DNA of 64,000 nucleotides from positions 1-64,000 of the IMG/VR virus record IMGVR_UViG_3300045988_180412. One strand, given 5' to 3'. How positions within the stretch are numbered: the stretch's first letter is position 1; each line of letters begins with the position of its first letter. The notes below the pieces were generated by a model. It was not told the origin of the DNA, searched no databases, and was given only the letters and a program-made list of their open reading frames with translations. This stretch comes from a virus. The position numbers were made by a program, and so were the translations under genes. Shown here piece after piece: positions 29,133 through 39,073 of the stretch.

Positions 29133-29482
29133 TATTCTCCGATACTTTGCTTTAACTCGATTTTCGTGTATAAGGCATGGGTCAACGGCATCTCTATGTC
29201 CCTGACGGTCTTGACTATGCCGGTGCGTAAACGTCCGCTCTTGGCACGTATTTTTACCGTGTCGCCCTCCATCACTATTACGGCATTGCCGGGCAAGTAA
29301 ACCGCATCATTGCGTACACTGACGCTCTGATAGGTCTGCCCGCCCGATTGATAACAGCATTTGCCGCTGTATATCGTCTCGGCTTCAACGGGCTCATCGT
29401 AATCGTCTAAGTCGATGCTCCCGCCGCCGTCTGTGATATTGCGGATTATCTCGCAATGGTCATCAAAGTGTATCAGTTCCAT
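29132..29482 (-). CDS. head closure / head-tail adaptor protein (by position)
   Basis: 116-aa ORF. Confidence 0.5.
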   Translation of the reverse strand: MELIHFDDHCEIIRNITDGGGSIDLDDYDEPVEAETIYSGKCCYQSGGQTYQSVSVRNDAVYLPGNAVIVMEGDTVKIRAKSGRLRTGIVKTVRDIEMPLTHALYTKIELKQSIGE

Positions 29483-29910
29483 TTACAACCGCTTTTACTC
29501 GTCCTGTTGCGCTTGCCGGTGGCATCAAAAGCTCCCGCACTTTCGTTTACGTTTTCTTCGATTTCAGCACCTATCTCGCCGCGCAATTTGTCCGCTACTT
29601 TGCGATAGTATTCGCGATCGCTCTGGGTTATGGTAAATCCGCTTTGACTCGCGTGTACATCCCCCACTTGCTCGCTGCGACTACCGCCGCTGAAAACCCC
29701 CGCCGCACTGTAAAACAGCGTTGACGTAGCATATTTGAGGCTCTTGACCCATCCTCCGTCATCGGCATTGTCCTCTACTACATCGTTTGTGTTCAACGGA
29801 CATAGCGCTTCGGGACGGGCAAACAACGGCGAGACCGCCGCATGTTCTATCACTGCCGCTTCAAAGGGATAACCGGGTACTTGCGCCCTCAAATATGCTT
29901 CTACCGTCAT
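29473..29910 (-). CDS. head-tail connector protein (by position)
   Basis: 145-aa ORF downstream of the capsid gene. Confidence 0.5.
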   Translation of the reverse strand: MTVEAYLRAQVPGYPFEAAVIEHAAVSPLFARPEALCPLNTNDVVEDNADDGGWVKSLKYATSTLFYSAAGVFSGGSRSEQVGDVHASQSGFTITQSDREYYRKVADKLRGEIGAEIEENVNESAGAFDATGKRNRTSKSGCKWN

Positions 29911-29963
29911 TGCTGTATTATGGCTGTGTGCTAATAAGTATTAAGGTCGTGGCTGCTACGCTA

Positions 29964-31202
29964 TCAATCGCCACCGGAGGCGGCTTTCTCCTGCGTCAAG
30001 TTCTTGATGTAATACAGGTCGCGAGGACGGGTCGGTACGGCAAGTGCCGTAAGCTCGCTTCGCCATTCTTGTGTGCGGGTGTCGGCGTTGTAGAGGTATT
30101 CTATCAAACCGCGACCGCCGTACATAAAGGCGGAAATGGCGCTGCCGTCGGGGCGCAGCGGAACTACGTTCTTAATCACACCGATAAGACCTGTCGGACG
30201 AATGAGTATCACGTCTTGCTCAAAGGCGTCTACAAGGGTACGGTCGAAGTTGTGGTTGGTGGTATTGATTTTCTCAACACCGCAAACGGTCTTGTTGTAG
30301 ATTACTTCGTCTGCCTCGATAAGACGCTTGAAGGCTTCTTTCTGCGCTTCAAGGGTCGAGCCTTTGGCTACGGCTTTGGCATTGTCGTCATTGGCTTTGG
30401 TGTAACGCAAACCGATACCCGTCATCGCGTAGCCGAGCGCGGTCAGTACGGCATCGTGTTTGGTGAGCTTGTAGAACGTCTTTTCGTTCATCTCGACACA
30501 TACATTCTGATAGCCGTTGGCTTTATTGCGAAGCTCGCGAATAAAGTCGCGCAGGTCGCCGATGGGGTCGCCTACCGCCGTAACTGTCCCGGCGGTGGTG
30601 TCGCTTTCCCACCATTTCTTGTCCATGTAGTTGCCGGTCGGAACTTGGGCGGTAAAGGTCGTACGCAACGAGCCGCGAGGGTTGTTGTTGTCGGTAAGGG
30701 TCAGCTTGCCCAAAGATTTCATCTGCCCGATTTGATAGTTCAGGGTGTTCTTGTGGGCGGCTGGAATGGCGCTCGTAACATCAAACAACGCCTTGGCTAA
30801 ATACTCGCTTACGGCTACACTTTCGTTGGTGTTGTTGAAGTTGGCTACGGAACGTATCTCGTTCAACAGTATCAATTGCTTGCGATAGTCGTTCTCACCG
30901 CGTACTACGGTGTATTTATGACGCGGTATGCTGCCCGTAAGTTTGGTCAGCTTGGTGCTGTTACCGGCAGGAAGCGCTGGCGAATTAAGGTCAACGTAGC
31001 TGGCCATAACTTCTATCTGCGCCTCGGCTTCAAGCATCTCATAAGTGAAGTCTATCTGTTGTGGCGCCCATGCGAAACCTTCAAAGTTCTCGCCCTGACT
31101 CTCAACGGCGCTTAGCACCTGCTTGTAGTATGCTTCGAAACTGGTATTACTCGTAATGGCATTGGATGCCATCAGCGTGTCAAGTCCGCTAAATCTTTTC
31201 AT
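29964..31202 (-). CDS. major capsid protein (lambda gpE-like arrangement)
   Basis: 412-aa ORF following the scaffold and a gpD-like gene. Confidence 0.75.
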   Translation of the reverse strand: MKRFSGLDTLMASNAITSNTSFEAYYKQVLSAVESQGENFEGFAWAPQQIDFTYEMLEAEAQIEVMASYVDLNSPALPAGNSTKLTKLTGSIPRHKYTVVRGENDYRKQLILLNEIRSVANFNNTNESVAVSEYLAKALFDVTSAIPAAHKNTLNYQIGQMKSLGKLTLTDNNNPRGSLRTTFTAQVPTGNYMDKKWWESDTTAGTVTAVGDPIGDLRDFIRELRNKANGYQNVCVEMNEKTFYKLTKHDAVLTALGYAMTGIGLRYTKANDDNAKAVAKGSTLEAQKEAFKRLIEADEVIYNKTVCGVEKINTTNHNFDRTLVDAFEQDVILIRPTGLIGVIKNVVPLRPDGSAISAFMYGGRGLIEYLYNADTRTQEWRSELTALAVPTRPRDLYYIKNLTQEKAASGGD

Positions 31203-31205
31203 CGC

Positions 31206-31577
31206 TTAGCCCTCCTTTACAAACAATATGCGACCTGCCAACGCGCCCTTTTGCTTCGCGGTATACGTGAGCGTCGAAAGGCTTTCGTTGATTTGGCCAC
31301 GGGTTACTACTGTTAGCGAACACCCGTCTGCGCCTACATAGGCATCTTCGAGTGTCAATCCTTGCGGCGCTTCGCCGCCCAATGTGGTAGTGCCGCCTAT
31401 CTTGTCGATAGATACGGCTGTCCCGGCAGGTATCAGCTTGCCTACGGTGTTGGTCGTGTCCACAGGAACAAACGCACCGCAGGGCATTATCTCGTCTACT
31501 CGCGCCCATAGGGATACCGAGCCTACGCTATAATCCTCACTGCCGTGATTAAAAGAATTTCCGTAATGGGTTTTCAT
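31206..31577 (-). CDS. head decoration protein (lambda gpD-like)
   Basis: 123 aa. C-terminal ...KGALAGRILFV resembles the gpD end ...RTAFAGTAISIV. Lies immediately upstream of the capsid gene. Confidence 0.5.
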   Translation of the reverse strand: MKTHYGNSFNHGSEDYSVGSVSLWARVDEIMPCGAFVPVDTTNTVGKLIPAGTAVSIDKIGGTTTLGGEAPQGLTLEDAYVGADGCSLTVVTRGQINESLSTLTYTAKQKGALAGRILFVKEG

Positions 31578-31595
31578 CTTTTCCCGGATTTAAGG

Positions 31596-32333
31596 TTAGT
31601 TTTGTTTTCCGCTCTCTTGGTCGTGCAGCACAACTCCCTGCTTTTCAAGCATCGCGATTTGGTCGGAGAAGTCTATCTTGGCCGTTTCGCCTGCGGCATC
31701 GCCTTTAATGGGCTTGGTAACGTCTATGCCGCGGTCGGAAACTTCATCCGTGAATTTCTCGCGGATTTTGGCCTCTAACTCGGCTGCCGTCCATTTCTTG
31801 CCGTAGGCTTCGTATAGCTCCATAGCCGTCTTTTGGGCGCGTTGGCGCTCTTTGGGATAGGCCTTGGCGTAATCCCATGCGTCTATATTGGCTACGGCGG
31901 TCGCTACCGCCCCTTTCTGCGCCTCGGCGCTCTCAAAGGCACTGAGCTGGGTCTGTAACGGCTCTACGGCCTTGGCTACCGCATTGGCTACTAATTCGGC
32001 TAATACTGCGGCATTGTCTGACGCTGCTCCTTCGTTGCCGCTCGGCTCGTTGGCAGGTTCTGCACTGCCCTCTTTGAGCTTGGCTTCTAATGCGGATTTG
32101 TCGGCCTCTAAGCTCTTAATCTTGTCGCTTAACACCGTCCGAACTTTGTCTGCCTCACTCTGATACAGTTGAAGCATGGGCTTTGCGCCGCTTACAAACG
32201 GCTCAATCTGCGCATCCTCCGTAATGAACGTTTGCGCGGCTTGGGCGACCCGTTCAAACACCTCATCGCTTAGCCCCAAGTTCTTGTACCCTTGTTGCAG
32301 CGAAGCCTTAATCTTATCTTTCATTTCTTTCAT
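31596..32333 (-). CDS. capsid scaffolding protein
   Basis: 245-aa acidic, Ala/Glu/Lys-rich helical ORF at the head of the capsid module. Confidence 0.6.
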   Translation of the reverse strand: MKEMKDKIKASLQQGYKNLGLSDEVFERVAQAAQTFITEDAQIEPFVSGAKPMLQLYQSEADKVRTVLSDKIKSLEADKSALEAKLKEGSAEPANEPSGNEGAASDNAAVLAELVANAVAKAVEPLQTQLSAFESAEAQKGAVATAVANIDAWDYAKAYPKERQRAQKTAMELYEAYGKKWTAAELEAKIREKFTDEVSDRGIDVTKPIKGDAAGETAKIDFSDQIAMLEKQGVVLHDQESGKQN

Positions 32334-32352
32334 TTGGAGTTATTAAAACTTG

Positions 32353-32424
32353 TAGCGGCGACAGGACTCGAACCTGCGACCTGCGGGGAATGAACCCGCC
32401 GAGCTGCCTCTGCTCCACACCGCT
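32353..32424 (-). tRNA. tRNA with CAU anticodon (Met, fMet or Ile2 cannot be told apart)
   Basis: Hand-folded cloverleaf. Acceptor AGCGGTG/CGCCGCT, D arm GAGC-AGAGGCA-GCTC, anticodon arm GCGGG-TTCATTC-CCCGC, T arm GCAGG-TTCGAGT-CCTGT. No encoded CCA. Position 37 is an unusual pyrimidine. Confidence 0.85.
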
Positions 32425-32495
32425 CTCTTAAAATCACATAGAGCCAACAACGATTTCTCGCTATCGGCTCTATGGCTCTCTATCAACCAACTATG

Positions 32496-32696
32496 TCACT
32501 CGGACTTATTTACGCCCGTAAATCTTATGACGCTGTCTTTTATCTCGATTTCTATCGGCTTGCGGCATTTCCTGCACCACAACTCTATTTCACCGTTGTA
32601 TACCGATAGTTTCGCAAGTATCGCGCCTCTGCGCCCGCGTTTCTCACACTCGGGACATCTTATTACAACCTTTTTCACGCCGCAAATATAATACAC
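32496..32696 (-). CDS. Com-like zinc-ribbon protein
   Basis: 66 aa. CPEC...(21 aa)...CRKC layout as in Mu Com (translational activator). Confidence 0.45.
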   Translation of the reverse strand: MYYICGVKKVVIRCPECEKRGRRGAILAKLSVYNGEIELWCRKCRKPIEIEIKDSVIRFTGVNKSE

Positions 32697-32744
32697 TTAA
32701 TTGATTACAACAAATATTTTAAGCAAAACTTTAATTTATTTTCG

Positions 32745-32752
32745 TACCTTTG
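32745..32752 (+). promoter_or_regulatory. Bacteroidota-type -7 box TACCTTTG upstream of terL
   Basis: Matches TAnnTTTG. 16 nt upstream of ATG 32768. Confidence 0.5.
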
Positions 32753-32767
32753 CACAAAACACGGTTG

Positions 32768-34981
32768 ATGAAGTTTTCTCTCGTAAGCAATAACTTGGTT
32801 TTTCCGCCGCTTTACCCCGAAGCGGAACGCACTCTTGCCACATCTAAAAGCAAGAGCCGTACTATCGTGGACGGGTACGAGTTGCGACCTAACCAAATCG
32901 ACCTTATCCCGCAACCGGGACTGCAAGAACAGCTGTGCCAAAGCGAAGCTAACCTCGTTTTCATCTGCGGTCAAGCAACCAGCGGAAAGGCGCAACCATA
33001 TACAAGCAAGGTCTTAACCCCTAACGGATTTGTCGAAATGGGGTCGCTTAACATCGGAGATGCAATCCTTGCCCCCGATAATTCAACACAAAGGGTGCTA
33101 AACATCTTCGAACAAGGCGAAATAGACGTTTGGCGCTTGACTTTCGATGACGGCGCACAAACGGAATGCTGCAAAAACCATCTTTGGAAAGTTCGCACAC
33201 CGATTAGCGAGTGGCGTGTTATCCGCTTCGAGGATGTTCTTAGTGCGTTTAATGCGCATCTTAAAATATACATACCTCTTTGCGCATCGTCTGTATATGA
33301 GAGGTTCAAGGAAAAAACGCCTGATACAGACAAACTCCGAAAGATTGTAAGAGCGGAGTATGTCGGCAAAAAACAATGCCGCTGCATTATGGTTTCGGGC
33401 GCTGAACATCTGTATGTAACTGACGATTTCATCGTTACGCACAACACTTTCGCAATGTATCTCAATGCGTTACAGGGTGTTACGCACTATGGCTTTGCAG
33501 CTAAACTGATTTCAGTCCGCTTGCAGGACAGCAAAAAGGGCGGCTCGATGTTCCGTGACGGCGTAACGGTATGCGGCAATTTCGCTAATTGCGAGTATAA
33601 TTCGGCGGATTACCCGACTTTCTCGTGGCCGCAATGGAACAGCTCGCTGCAACTTATTCACTCTAATTTCAATGTAAACAACCCTGCGGAATGGGAACAG
33701 TTCCAAGATTACGCTAAGAAAGTGCAGGCGTCTCTGATAATGGTGGACGAGGCTACGGAAATGAAGGAGTTTAAGATGTTCGCTTATTGGTTTAGCCGTA
33801 ACCGCGACAGCTCGGGCATGACACCGCAAATGGTGTTATCCTTTAACCCGTCTCACGACCATTGGACTACTCAAATGCTATGCGATGCAGGGTATATCGG
33901 CGATGACTGGTATCTGCGTAAGGATATGATTGGCAAAGTCCGATATTGGTATAATAAGGGTAAATCTCCTGCCGAAATCGTTTGGGGGGACTCTCGCGAG
34001 GAAGTGGCGGACGCAGCAGGCCTTATCGACCGACCGGACGATTTGGCCGCAGGTATCTCGCGATTGGATTATGTGAAGTCGTTTACGGTATTGACGGGTA
34101 CTGCCGCTTCTAACCGCGAATTGGTGAATGCTACGGGTGGACAATCTGTCGCAAATCTACACGCTACGGGCGCGGAGCAACGTCAAATTGTGGGCGAGGG
34201 ATATTTCGGCGAAGTGGAAACGGAGGAAATCAATGTGTCGCGCGAAATGATTAACAACCTATGGACAAACCCCGTAAGCGATGACGTCAATATGTACGCT
34301 ACCATGGACATTTCCTCGGGTAAGGCGGATAACGATAAGTCGCCTATGGTGATATGGCGCGGACTGCAAATTGTCGGGGTCGAGCTGTTCTCGGGCGAAC
34401 CTAACGAAATGGCGGGGTGGATTAAAACTAAACTTAACGCTTACGGCGTTGACGTTACACGCTTCGCTTATGACGCTACGGGACACGGATATTGGATGCA
34501 GGGGCTGACTAACGGCGTGGCGGTTACGGCTAACAAACGGGCTATACAGGAGGTTGACGAGTTCGGAAACGCTGTAACTCGGGATGATTATTTTAATTGC
34601 CGCTCTCAATTGCTCGGCCGAACGGAGGTGATGATTAAACGCGGTGATATTTCTTGCTCAATATCTCCCGATTTGCGTATCCCTTACGCAAAGGGTGGGG
34701 CAACACGAGCTCTCCGCGATATTCTGTATGACGAGATTAACGTGTTCGCGACGACAACGCGCAACAAACGTATATACTACCGCTCTAAGGATGAGTATCG
34801 TGCTAAGTTCCGACATTCACCGGACTTAATGGACGCTATTTGCCTGCGTGCGGTTTTCGAACTTGACGCCCGACCGAAGAAGGCGCCGCTGCCGGCAGCG
34901 TCTCCGTTTGTATACAATAATCTGTATTCGGCATTTGCTTATGCGGCTAAAAACCGTTGGAACAAGAATTTAGTTAGATAA
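32768..34981 (+). CDS. terL: terminase large subunit, interrupted by an intein
   Basis: Walker A GQATSGK|T is reconstituted across the insert. Walker B is LIMVDEAT. 737 aa including the 152-aa insert. Confidence 0.9.
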   Translation: MKFSLVSNNLVFPPLYPEAERTLATSKSKSRTIVDGYELRPNQIDLIPQPGLQEQLCQSEANLVFICGQATSGKAQPYTSKVLTPNGFVEMGSLNIGDAILAPDNSTQRVLNIFEQGEIDVWRLTFDDGAQTECCKNHLWKVRTPISEWRVIRFEDVLSAFNAHLKIYIPLCASSVYERFKEKTPDTDKLRKIVRAEYVGKKQCRCIMVSGAEHLYVTDDFIVTHNTFAMYLNALQGVTHYGFAAKLISVRLQDSKKGGSMFRDGVTVCGNFANCEYNSADYPTFSWPQWNSSLQLIHSNFNVNNPAEWEQFQDYAKKVQASLIMVDEATEMKEFKMFAYWFSRNRDSSGMTPQMVLSFNPSHDHWTTQMLCDAGYIGDDWYLRKDMIGKVRYWYNKGKSPAEIVWGDSREEVADAAGLIDRPDDLAAGISRLDYVKSFTVLTGTAASNRELVNATGGQSVANLHATGAEQRQIVGEGYFGEVETEEINVSREMINNLWTNPVSDDVNMYATMDISSGKADNDKSPMVIWRGLQIVGVELFSGEPNEMAGWIKTKLNAYGVDVTRFAYDATGHGYWMQGLTNGVAVTANKRAIQEVDEFGNAVTRDDYFNCRSQLLGRTEVMIKRGDISCSISPDLRIPYAKGGATRALRDILYDEINVFATTTRNKRIYYRSKDEYRAKFRHSPDLMDAICLRAVFELDARPKKAPLPAASPFVYNNLYSAFAYAAKNRWNKNLVR
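32990..33445 (+). mobile_element. mini-intein (152 aa, class-3-type WCT motif, no homing-endonuclease domain)
   Basis: Block A AQPYTSKVLTPNGF..GSLNIGDAIL (Ala1). Block B CKNHLW (His B10, Trp B12). Block F QCRCIMVSGAEHLY (Cys at F4). Block G FIVTHN followed by +1 Thr. Confidence 0.8.
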
Positions 34982-34997
34982 CCTTAATACGTTGATA

Positions 34998-36743
34998 ATG
35001 ATAAACATATCGGAACACCTTAAAAAGGATTTTTGGCATAGACGATGGGTCGGTGACAAAACACCGCCACCGCCGACAAATCCTGAGTTTTACGCAATCC
35101 CCGAAAGATTGCCGCACGTCAATCGCCGCGACCTTACTCAGGATGATTTCGCTAATGAAGTAAGCGTGTCGGCACACAATATCAATTCTCTATATCAGTC
35201 GGCGCGGCCTATACGCGAGGCTTTCCCTAAATTTGATGAAAACGGGAACCCCGTACTCGATAAGGACGGAAACCCGGTGCAGGAGTGGCGAACCGTGGGA
35301 TATGACGACCTCGAAACTACCCGATATGGGTTGCAATACCGCTTCGCTATGTGCAAAACGGCGCATTTCGCAGGCAACGGGTGGGGTATTTACAACGAGC
35401 AAACGGATAAGTCGGAAACAGCGCATAGCCGATATGATACGCTGTGTTCGTGGCGAGACATCGCAGGCCTTGATATGGCGTTTGTCGAGGTCGTAAAGTC
35501 GTGCTTCACCTCGGGCGATGGTGCTATATATCTGTATCAGGACGGCAACAGCATCGCTTACGAGGTGTTTTCGTTCAACAAGGGGGATGTGCTTTTCCCT
35601 GATTATGACGAAAATCATTTCCCGGTACTTTATCGCTTATATACACTCAAAGGTCAACGCGCGGTGGACATCTTCGGCGCGGAATACATCGAAACTTGGG
35701 TTAATGCGGATGTGTCGGATAAGGGGAAGTCTACCGTCAATAAATGGTTTACGCAAATTCGCGGATGGTTCAAGTCGCACGATTTCGCTTTATCGGAGGA
35801 CGGATGGACTCGCATAAGCCAACGTAAAACACAAACGGGTGGCATCGTCAACGCTTGCGTATATTTCCGCATTGACGACATCCCAAGCGGTATCGTACAG
35901 GAGGATATAGAGGCTCTGGAACGCTCGGCAAGCTATGTGGCCGAGGGCGTCAAAGCTGCGGCCTTTGATACGCTGTTTATCAAGGCCACCAATATCCAAA
36001 ATCTCCCCGAAGTCGGCTCTTTCGGAAGCGTTATCGGCGTAACGGGCAATGTGGAGGAGCTTAAAGCATCTGACGCTAAACGTCTACCCCCAAGCAATAT
36101 ATCGGACGTGGCAACTATCGACCTCAAAGAGAAAAAGGAGAGCATTCTTCATGCGTCTATGTCGGTTATTCTCGACCCTGATGTGCTGCGCAGCGGAGCG
36201 GATTCGTCAAGCGCTATGCGCCTGTGCTTTAATGACGAGGTAAAGTGGTGCATGGCTATGCAACCGCAATTCTATAAGCCGCTGCAACAACTGACCAACG
36301 CGCTTAAAGCTATCGTCGCCAAAGTGGAGAAAGACCCGGAATATGCCTCTTTGCGTGTATCGGTGGGCATGAACATTTGGACACCGAATAACGTTAGTGA
36401 AGCAGTGGAGAATGCAACCAAATTGGTCTATGCAGGAGTGCTATCGCGCGAAAACGCCCGTCACGAATTGGATATTAATTATCCGGATGATCTGAATATC
36501 GTTTACGGCGAAACGGAACGAGAGCTGTACCAAAAGACTTATACGCCGCTGAAAGCTAAGTATGACGCCGAAAGAAAGTTCGGAATCGCGGATGTCGCTA
36601 ATGACATCGTGGTCGGAAACAGCGAAAGTGTTCCGCAAACCGCAAACGATAAACGCGCCGACTCGGAAAGGGCACTGGCCGACCGAAACGCTTACACGGC
36701 TGCCGTTGATAACAACGCTAACCGTAAACCTATTGACATTTAG
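34998..36743 (+). CDS. portal protein
   Basis: ~581-aa ORF directly downstream of terL. Confidence 0.7.
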   Translation: MINISEHLKKDFWHRRWVGDKTPPPPTNPEFYAIPERLPHVNRRDLTQDDFANEVSVSAHNINSLYQSARPIREAFPKFDENGNPVLDKDGNPVQEWRTVGYDDLETTRYGLQYRFAMCKTAHFAGNGWGIYNEQTDKSETAHSRYDTLCSWRDIAGLDMAFVEVVKSCFTSGDGAIYLYQDGNSIAYEVFSFNKGDVLFPDYDENHFPVLYRLYTLKGQRAVDIFGAEYIETWVNADVSDKGKSTVNKWFTQIRGWFKSHDFALSEDGWTRISQRKTQTGGIVNACVYFRIDDIPSGIVQEDIEALERSASYVAEGVKAAAFDTLFIKATNIQNLPEVGSFGSVIGVTGNVEELKASDAKRLPPSNISDVATIDLKEKKESILHASMSVILDPDVLRSGADSSSAMRLCFNDEVKWCMAMQPQFYKPLQQLTNALKAIVAKVEKDPEYASLRVSVGMNIWTPNNVSEAVENATKLVYAGVLSRENARHELDINYPDDLNIVYGETERELYQKTYTPLKAKYDAERKFGIADVANDIVVGNSESVPQTANDKRADSERALADRNAYTAAVDNNANRKPIDI

Positions 36744-36820
36744 TGTTTTTGAGGTTTGTTACTTTGATGTTTTTTTCATTGTCGATTTCTAAGACTTTTT
36801 TCAGTTGTTTTGGAAATGGG

Positions 36821-36856
36821 GAAGCCGCCCGACCGTGAGGTTAGGCGGCTTTTTTT
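36821..36856 (+). terminator. rho-independent terminator after the portal gene
   Basis: AAGCCGCC...GGCGGCTT stem followed by TTTTTT. Confidence 0.8.
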
Positions 36857-36867
36857 ATGGCTCGTAC

Positions 36868-37080
36868 TTATACTTTCCCGAATATCTGCCTTGGTCGTAC
36901 AACGTCTATGCGCTCGTCTTTGGCATTCTTGACTATGTAGTACTTCCCGAAAATATCGCGCTTGATTGCCTTGATATACCCGTGGCAATACATGCGACTG
37001 TGGCACACGAAGATGCCGCGCCATCGCGCTCGCAAACGGATGTAGTATTCTATCTTGTCATTGTTCTTTAACGGGTTCAT
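36868..37080 (-). CDS. hypothetical basic protein
   Basis: 70-aa ORF at the end of the leftward early operon. Confidence 0.45.
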   Translation of the reverse strand: MNPLKNNDKIEYYIRLRARWRGIFVCHSRMYCHGYIKAIKRDIFGKYYIVKNAKDERIDVVRPRQIFGKV

Positions 37081-37627
37081 TATCCTCTCTTTTTATGTTC
37101 CCTAATTTCACCTGCTCGTCTATAAATATCTTGTAGGCGCAATCCGAACACCGCACGGGCAGGTAACGGCGCGGCGCCTCGATTTTAACCTCATCTTCTT
37201 TCAGATAACCGACTTTTTTCAATAAATCGGCTTGGTCTTTTAGTATCTCGGCATCGGTGTTGGTGTTGGTCTCTACGCTCGTGGCTACATCGTTTGCAAA
37301 TTTTTTCATCACCCGCTCTTTGCGCGTGCCACTTACTTCTATGCCGCTGGGTACGTCTTTGCCGCGCTTTATTACATCGCGCAATGTCCGCTTGTAGGCT
37401 TCTATATAGTCTTTGTGTTTTCTGTACGCAAAAAACTGCCTGCACGCTTCTTTCCCGGCTTTGTTCAGATTGCCGTCTATGCCTAAATACATCGGGAAAA
37501 ATCGCTTGAAAGCGGCTTCATAGGTGGTATCAAACGCTACATGGTAATTCATGCAGTCGCGGTCGTCAACGGGTATGTCGCGCCACTTGTCATCACCCTC
37601 GGGCTTTATAGGTAAAAAGTTGTTCAT
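37058..37627 (-). CDS. hypothetical protein
   Basis: 189-aa ORF. Confidence 0.6.
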   Translation of the reverse strand: MNNFLPIKPEGDDKWRDIPVDDRDCMNYHVAFDTTYEAAFKRFFPMYLGIDGNLNKAGKEACRQFFAYRKHKDYIEAYKRTLRDVIKRGKDVPSGIEVSGTRKERVMKKFANDVATSVETNTNTDAEILKDQADLLKKVGYLKEDEVKIEAPRRYLPVRCSDCAYKIFIDEQVKLGNIKREDNEPVKEQ

Positions 37628-37983
37628 CGCTCACCGTATTCTTTGGGAAAAACATAGCGCACGGTCAGTTCGTTGCCGATGTCTTTCAAGACTTCGCATT
37701 TAACTCCGTATCCGCGCATAACATCGTCTAAAATAGCCGTAACAACGTCTCGCACACTGTTGGTATGCCCGACATATTCTAAGTCGTCAGCATCCATAAT
37801 ATCACACAAAATACCGCACCTGAACGTTACAAGCACACTGCCGTGACCATCTCCGCTCTCGCCTTGCAATACTAAGCCTCTGCCGTATTTATGCACCACG
37901 GGGCGCAGGTCGTTGTTTGTCCATAGGCTCGCGTCTTTGATTTCTACCAAGTCGCCGTGCCTCAATTTTTTTCTGTCTGACAT
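37624..37983 (-). CDS. hypothetical protein
   Basis: 119-aa ORF with a 4-nt overlap. Confidence 0.6.
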   Translation of the reverse strand: MSDRKKLRHGDLVEIKDASLWTNNDLRPVVHKYGRGLVLQGESGDGHGSVLVTFRCGILCDIMDADDLEYVGHTNSVRDVVTAILDDVMRGYGVKCEVLKDIGNELTVRYVFPKEYGER

Positions 37984-38357
37984 CCTTGTTTTATCTCTCT
38001 TAATTCTATAACCAAAACTTTGTCGCGGTCAAAGCCGTTACGACCTAAACCCTCAACGATACAATCTGCCTCCCATTTGCTGCATAGCGCATTGTAGTTG
38101 AAGGTCTCTCCGTAAATGGCTTTGCCTAAAAACGTGAAGGCCGACGACGCAACCGCCACCTCGCTCTTTTGAACAAGGATGTAGCGCTTGCGCCGCCGAC
38201 CGTCCCAACAATCTACTCGCGTGCCGCTTCGTGCCGCTCGCAAACGATTGTTGCAATACAATCCGACAGGCAGCATCGCAAACATTCGCTCGGTACTCGG
38301 CAAGACGTGTCTGATGTCTATCTTTTTAACCCGCGTAACCGACATTCTTTCTCCCAT
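37962..38357 (-). CDS. hypothetical protein
   Basis: 131-aa ORF. Confidence 0.55.
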   Translation of the reverse strand: MGERMSVTRVKKIDIRHVLPSTERMFAMLPVGLYCNNRLRAARSGTRVDCWDGRRRKRYILVQKSEVAVASSAFTFLGKAIYGETFNYNALCSKWEADCIVEGLGRNGFDRDKVLVIELREIKQGCQTEKN

Positions 38358-39073
38358 TTGGTCAGATTATACGTTTGCAATGCCAATCCGACAGCGCAAA
38401 TAAAGCTCTCGTATTGCGTGGGCTTCAAGCAGTGCCTGCGCCGCTCATTGAACAACGCAGCTTTATCATCGCTTATCACGCCGTCCGCATCACGCCAATC
38501 ATCGGCCTCGCCTAACAGATAACGCATGTCTCTGCGACGCAAATCAAAGCACATCAATTGAATGGTGTCTACATATTCTTGCGGCTTGATGTTCTTGATG
38601 CCTTTGCGTGTCCACCACGCACGACTGCGCTCGCAAAACGCGTTGAAGTCGCAGTCGGTCGGGGCTTCTATGTAGTCTTTTATGCCTTTATTGTAAAAGC
38701 ATTGCGCAACGGGCAAAAAACAGCTTAAAAAATTGGCCTTGAATTTTCGCATGGACGCGAAAAAGGTCTGCATTACTCCGTATTGACGCTGCAAACGAGA
38801 ACGAACATGCAATCGCAATTGCCATTCTAATTCTTCTACATCGTAGCCGTCGGTGATAAAGCCGTATTGACCGGGTTCTGTGTGGTTCTGGATAAACAAA
38901 CGACACAGCCCCTCGTCCTCGACATCTCGCGCATCGGATACCCCGAGCTTGTAAACGTAGTCCAACAGCGAAATCATGCTGCGGATGGACTGACGGTTCA
39001 CAAATCCGCGGTTTAACGGATTAATCGCGCCCTGACCCCGCCACGTTATCGACTTCGCGCTCTCCCAACTCAC
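38318..39073 (-). CDS. hypothetical protein (start uncertain)
   Basis: 251-aa ORF overlapping the upstream gene by ~50 nt. Confidence 0.55.
   Translation of the reverse strand: MSWESAKSITWRGQGAINPLNRGFVNRQSIRSMISLLDYVYKLGVSDARDVEDEGLCRLFIQNHTEPGQYGFITDGYDVEELEWQLRLHVRSRLQRQYGVMQTFFASMRKFKANFLSCFLPVAQCFYNKGIKDYIEAPTDCDFNAFCERSRAWWTRKGIKNIKPQEYVDTIQLMCFDLRRRDMRYLLGEADDWRDADGVISDDKAALFNERRRHCLKPTQYESFICAVGLALQTYNLTKWEKECRLRGLKR

Noticed and set aside
29787-30800. 337-aa plus-strand ORF
   Set aside because: It is antisense to the major capsid gene. Its Gly/Val/Arg-rich composition marks it as a shadow ORF.
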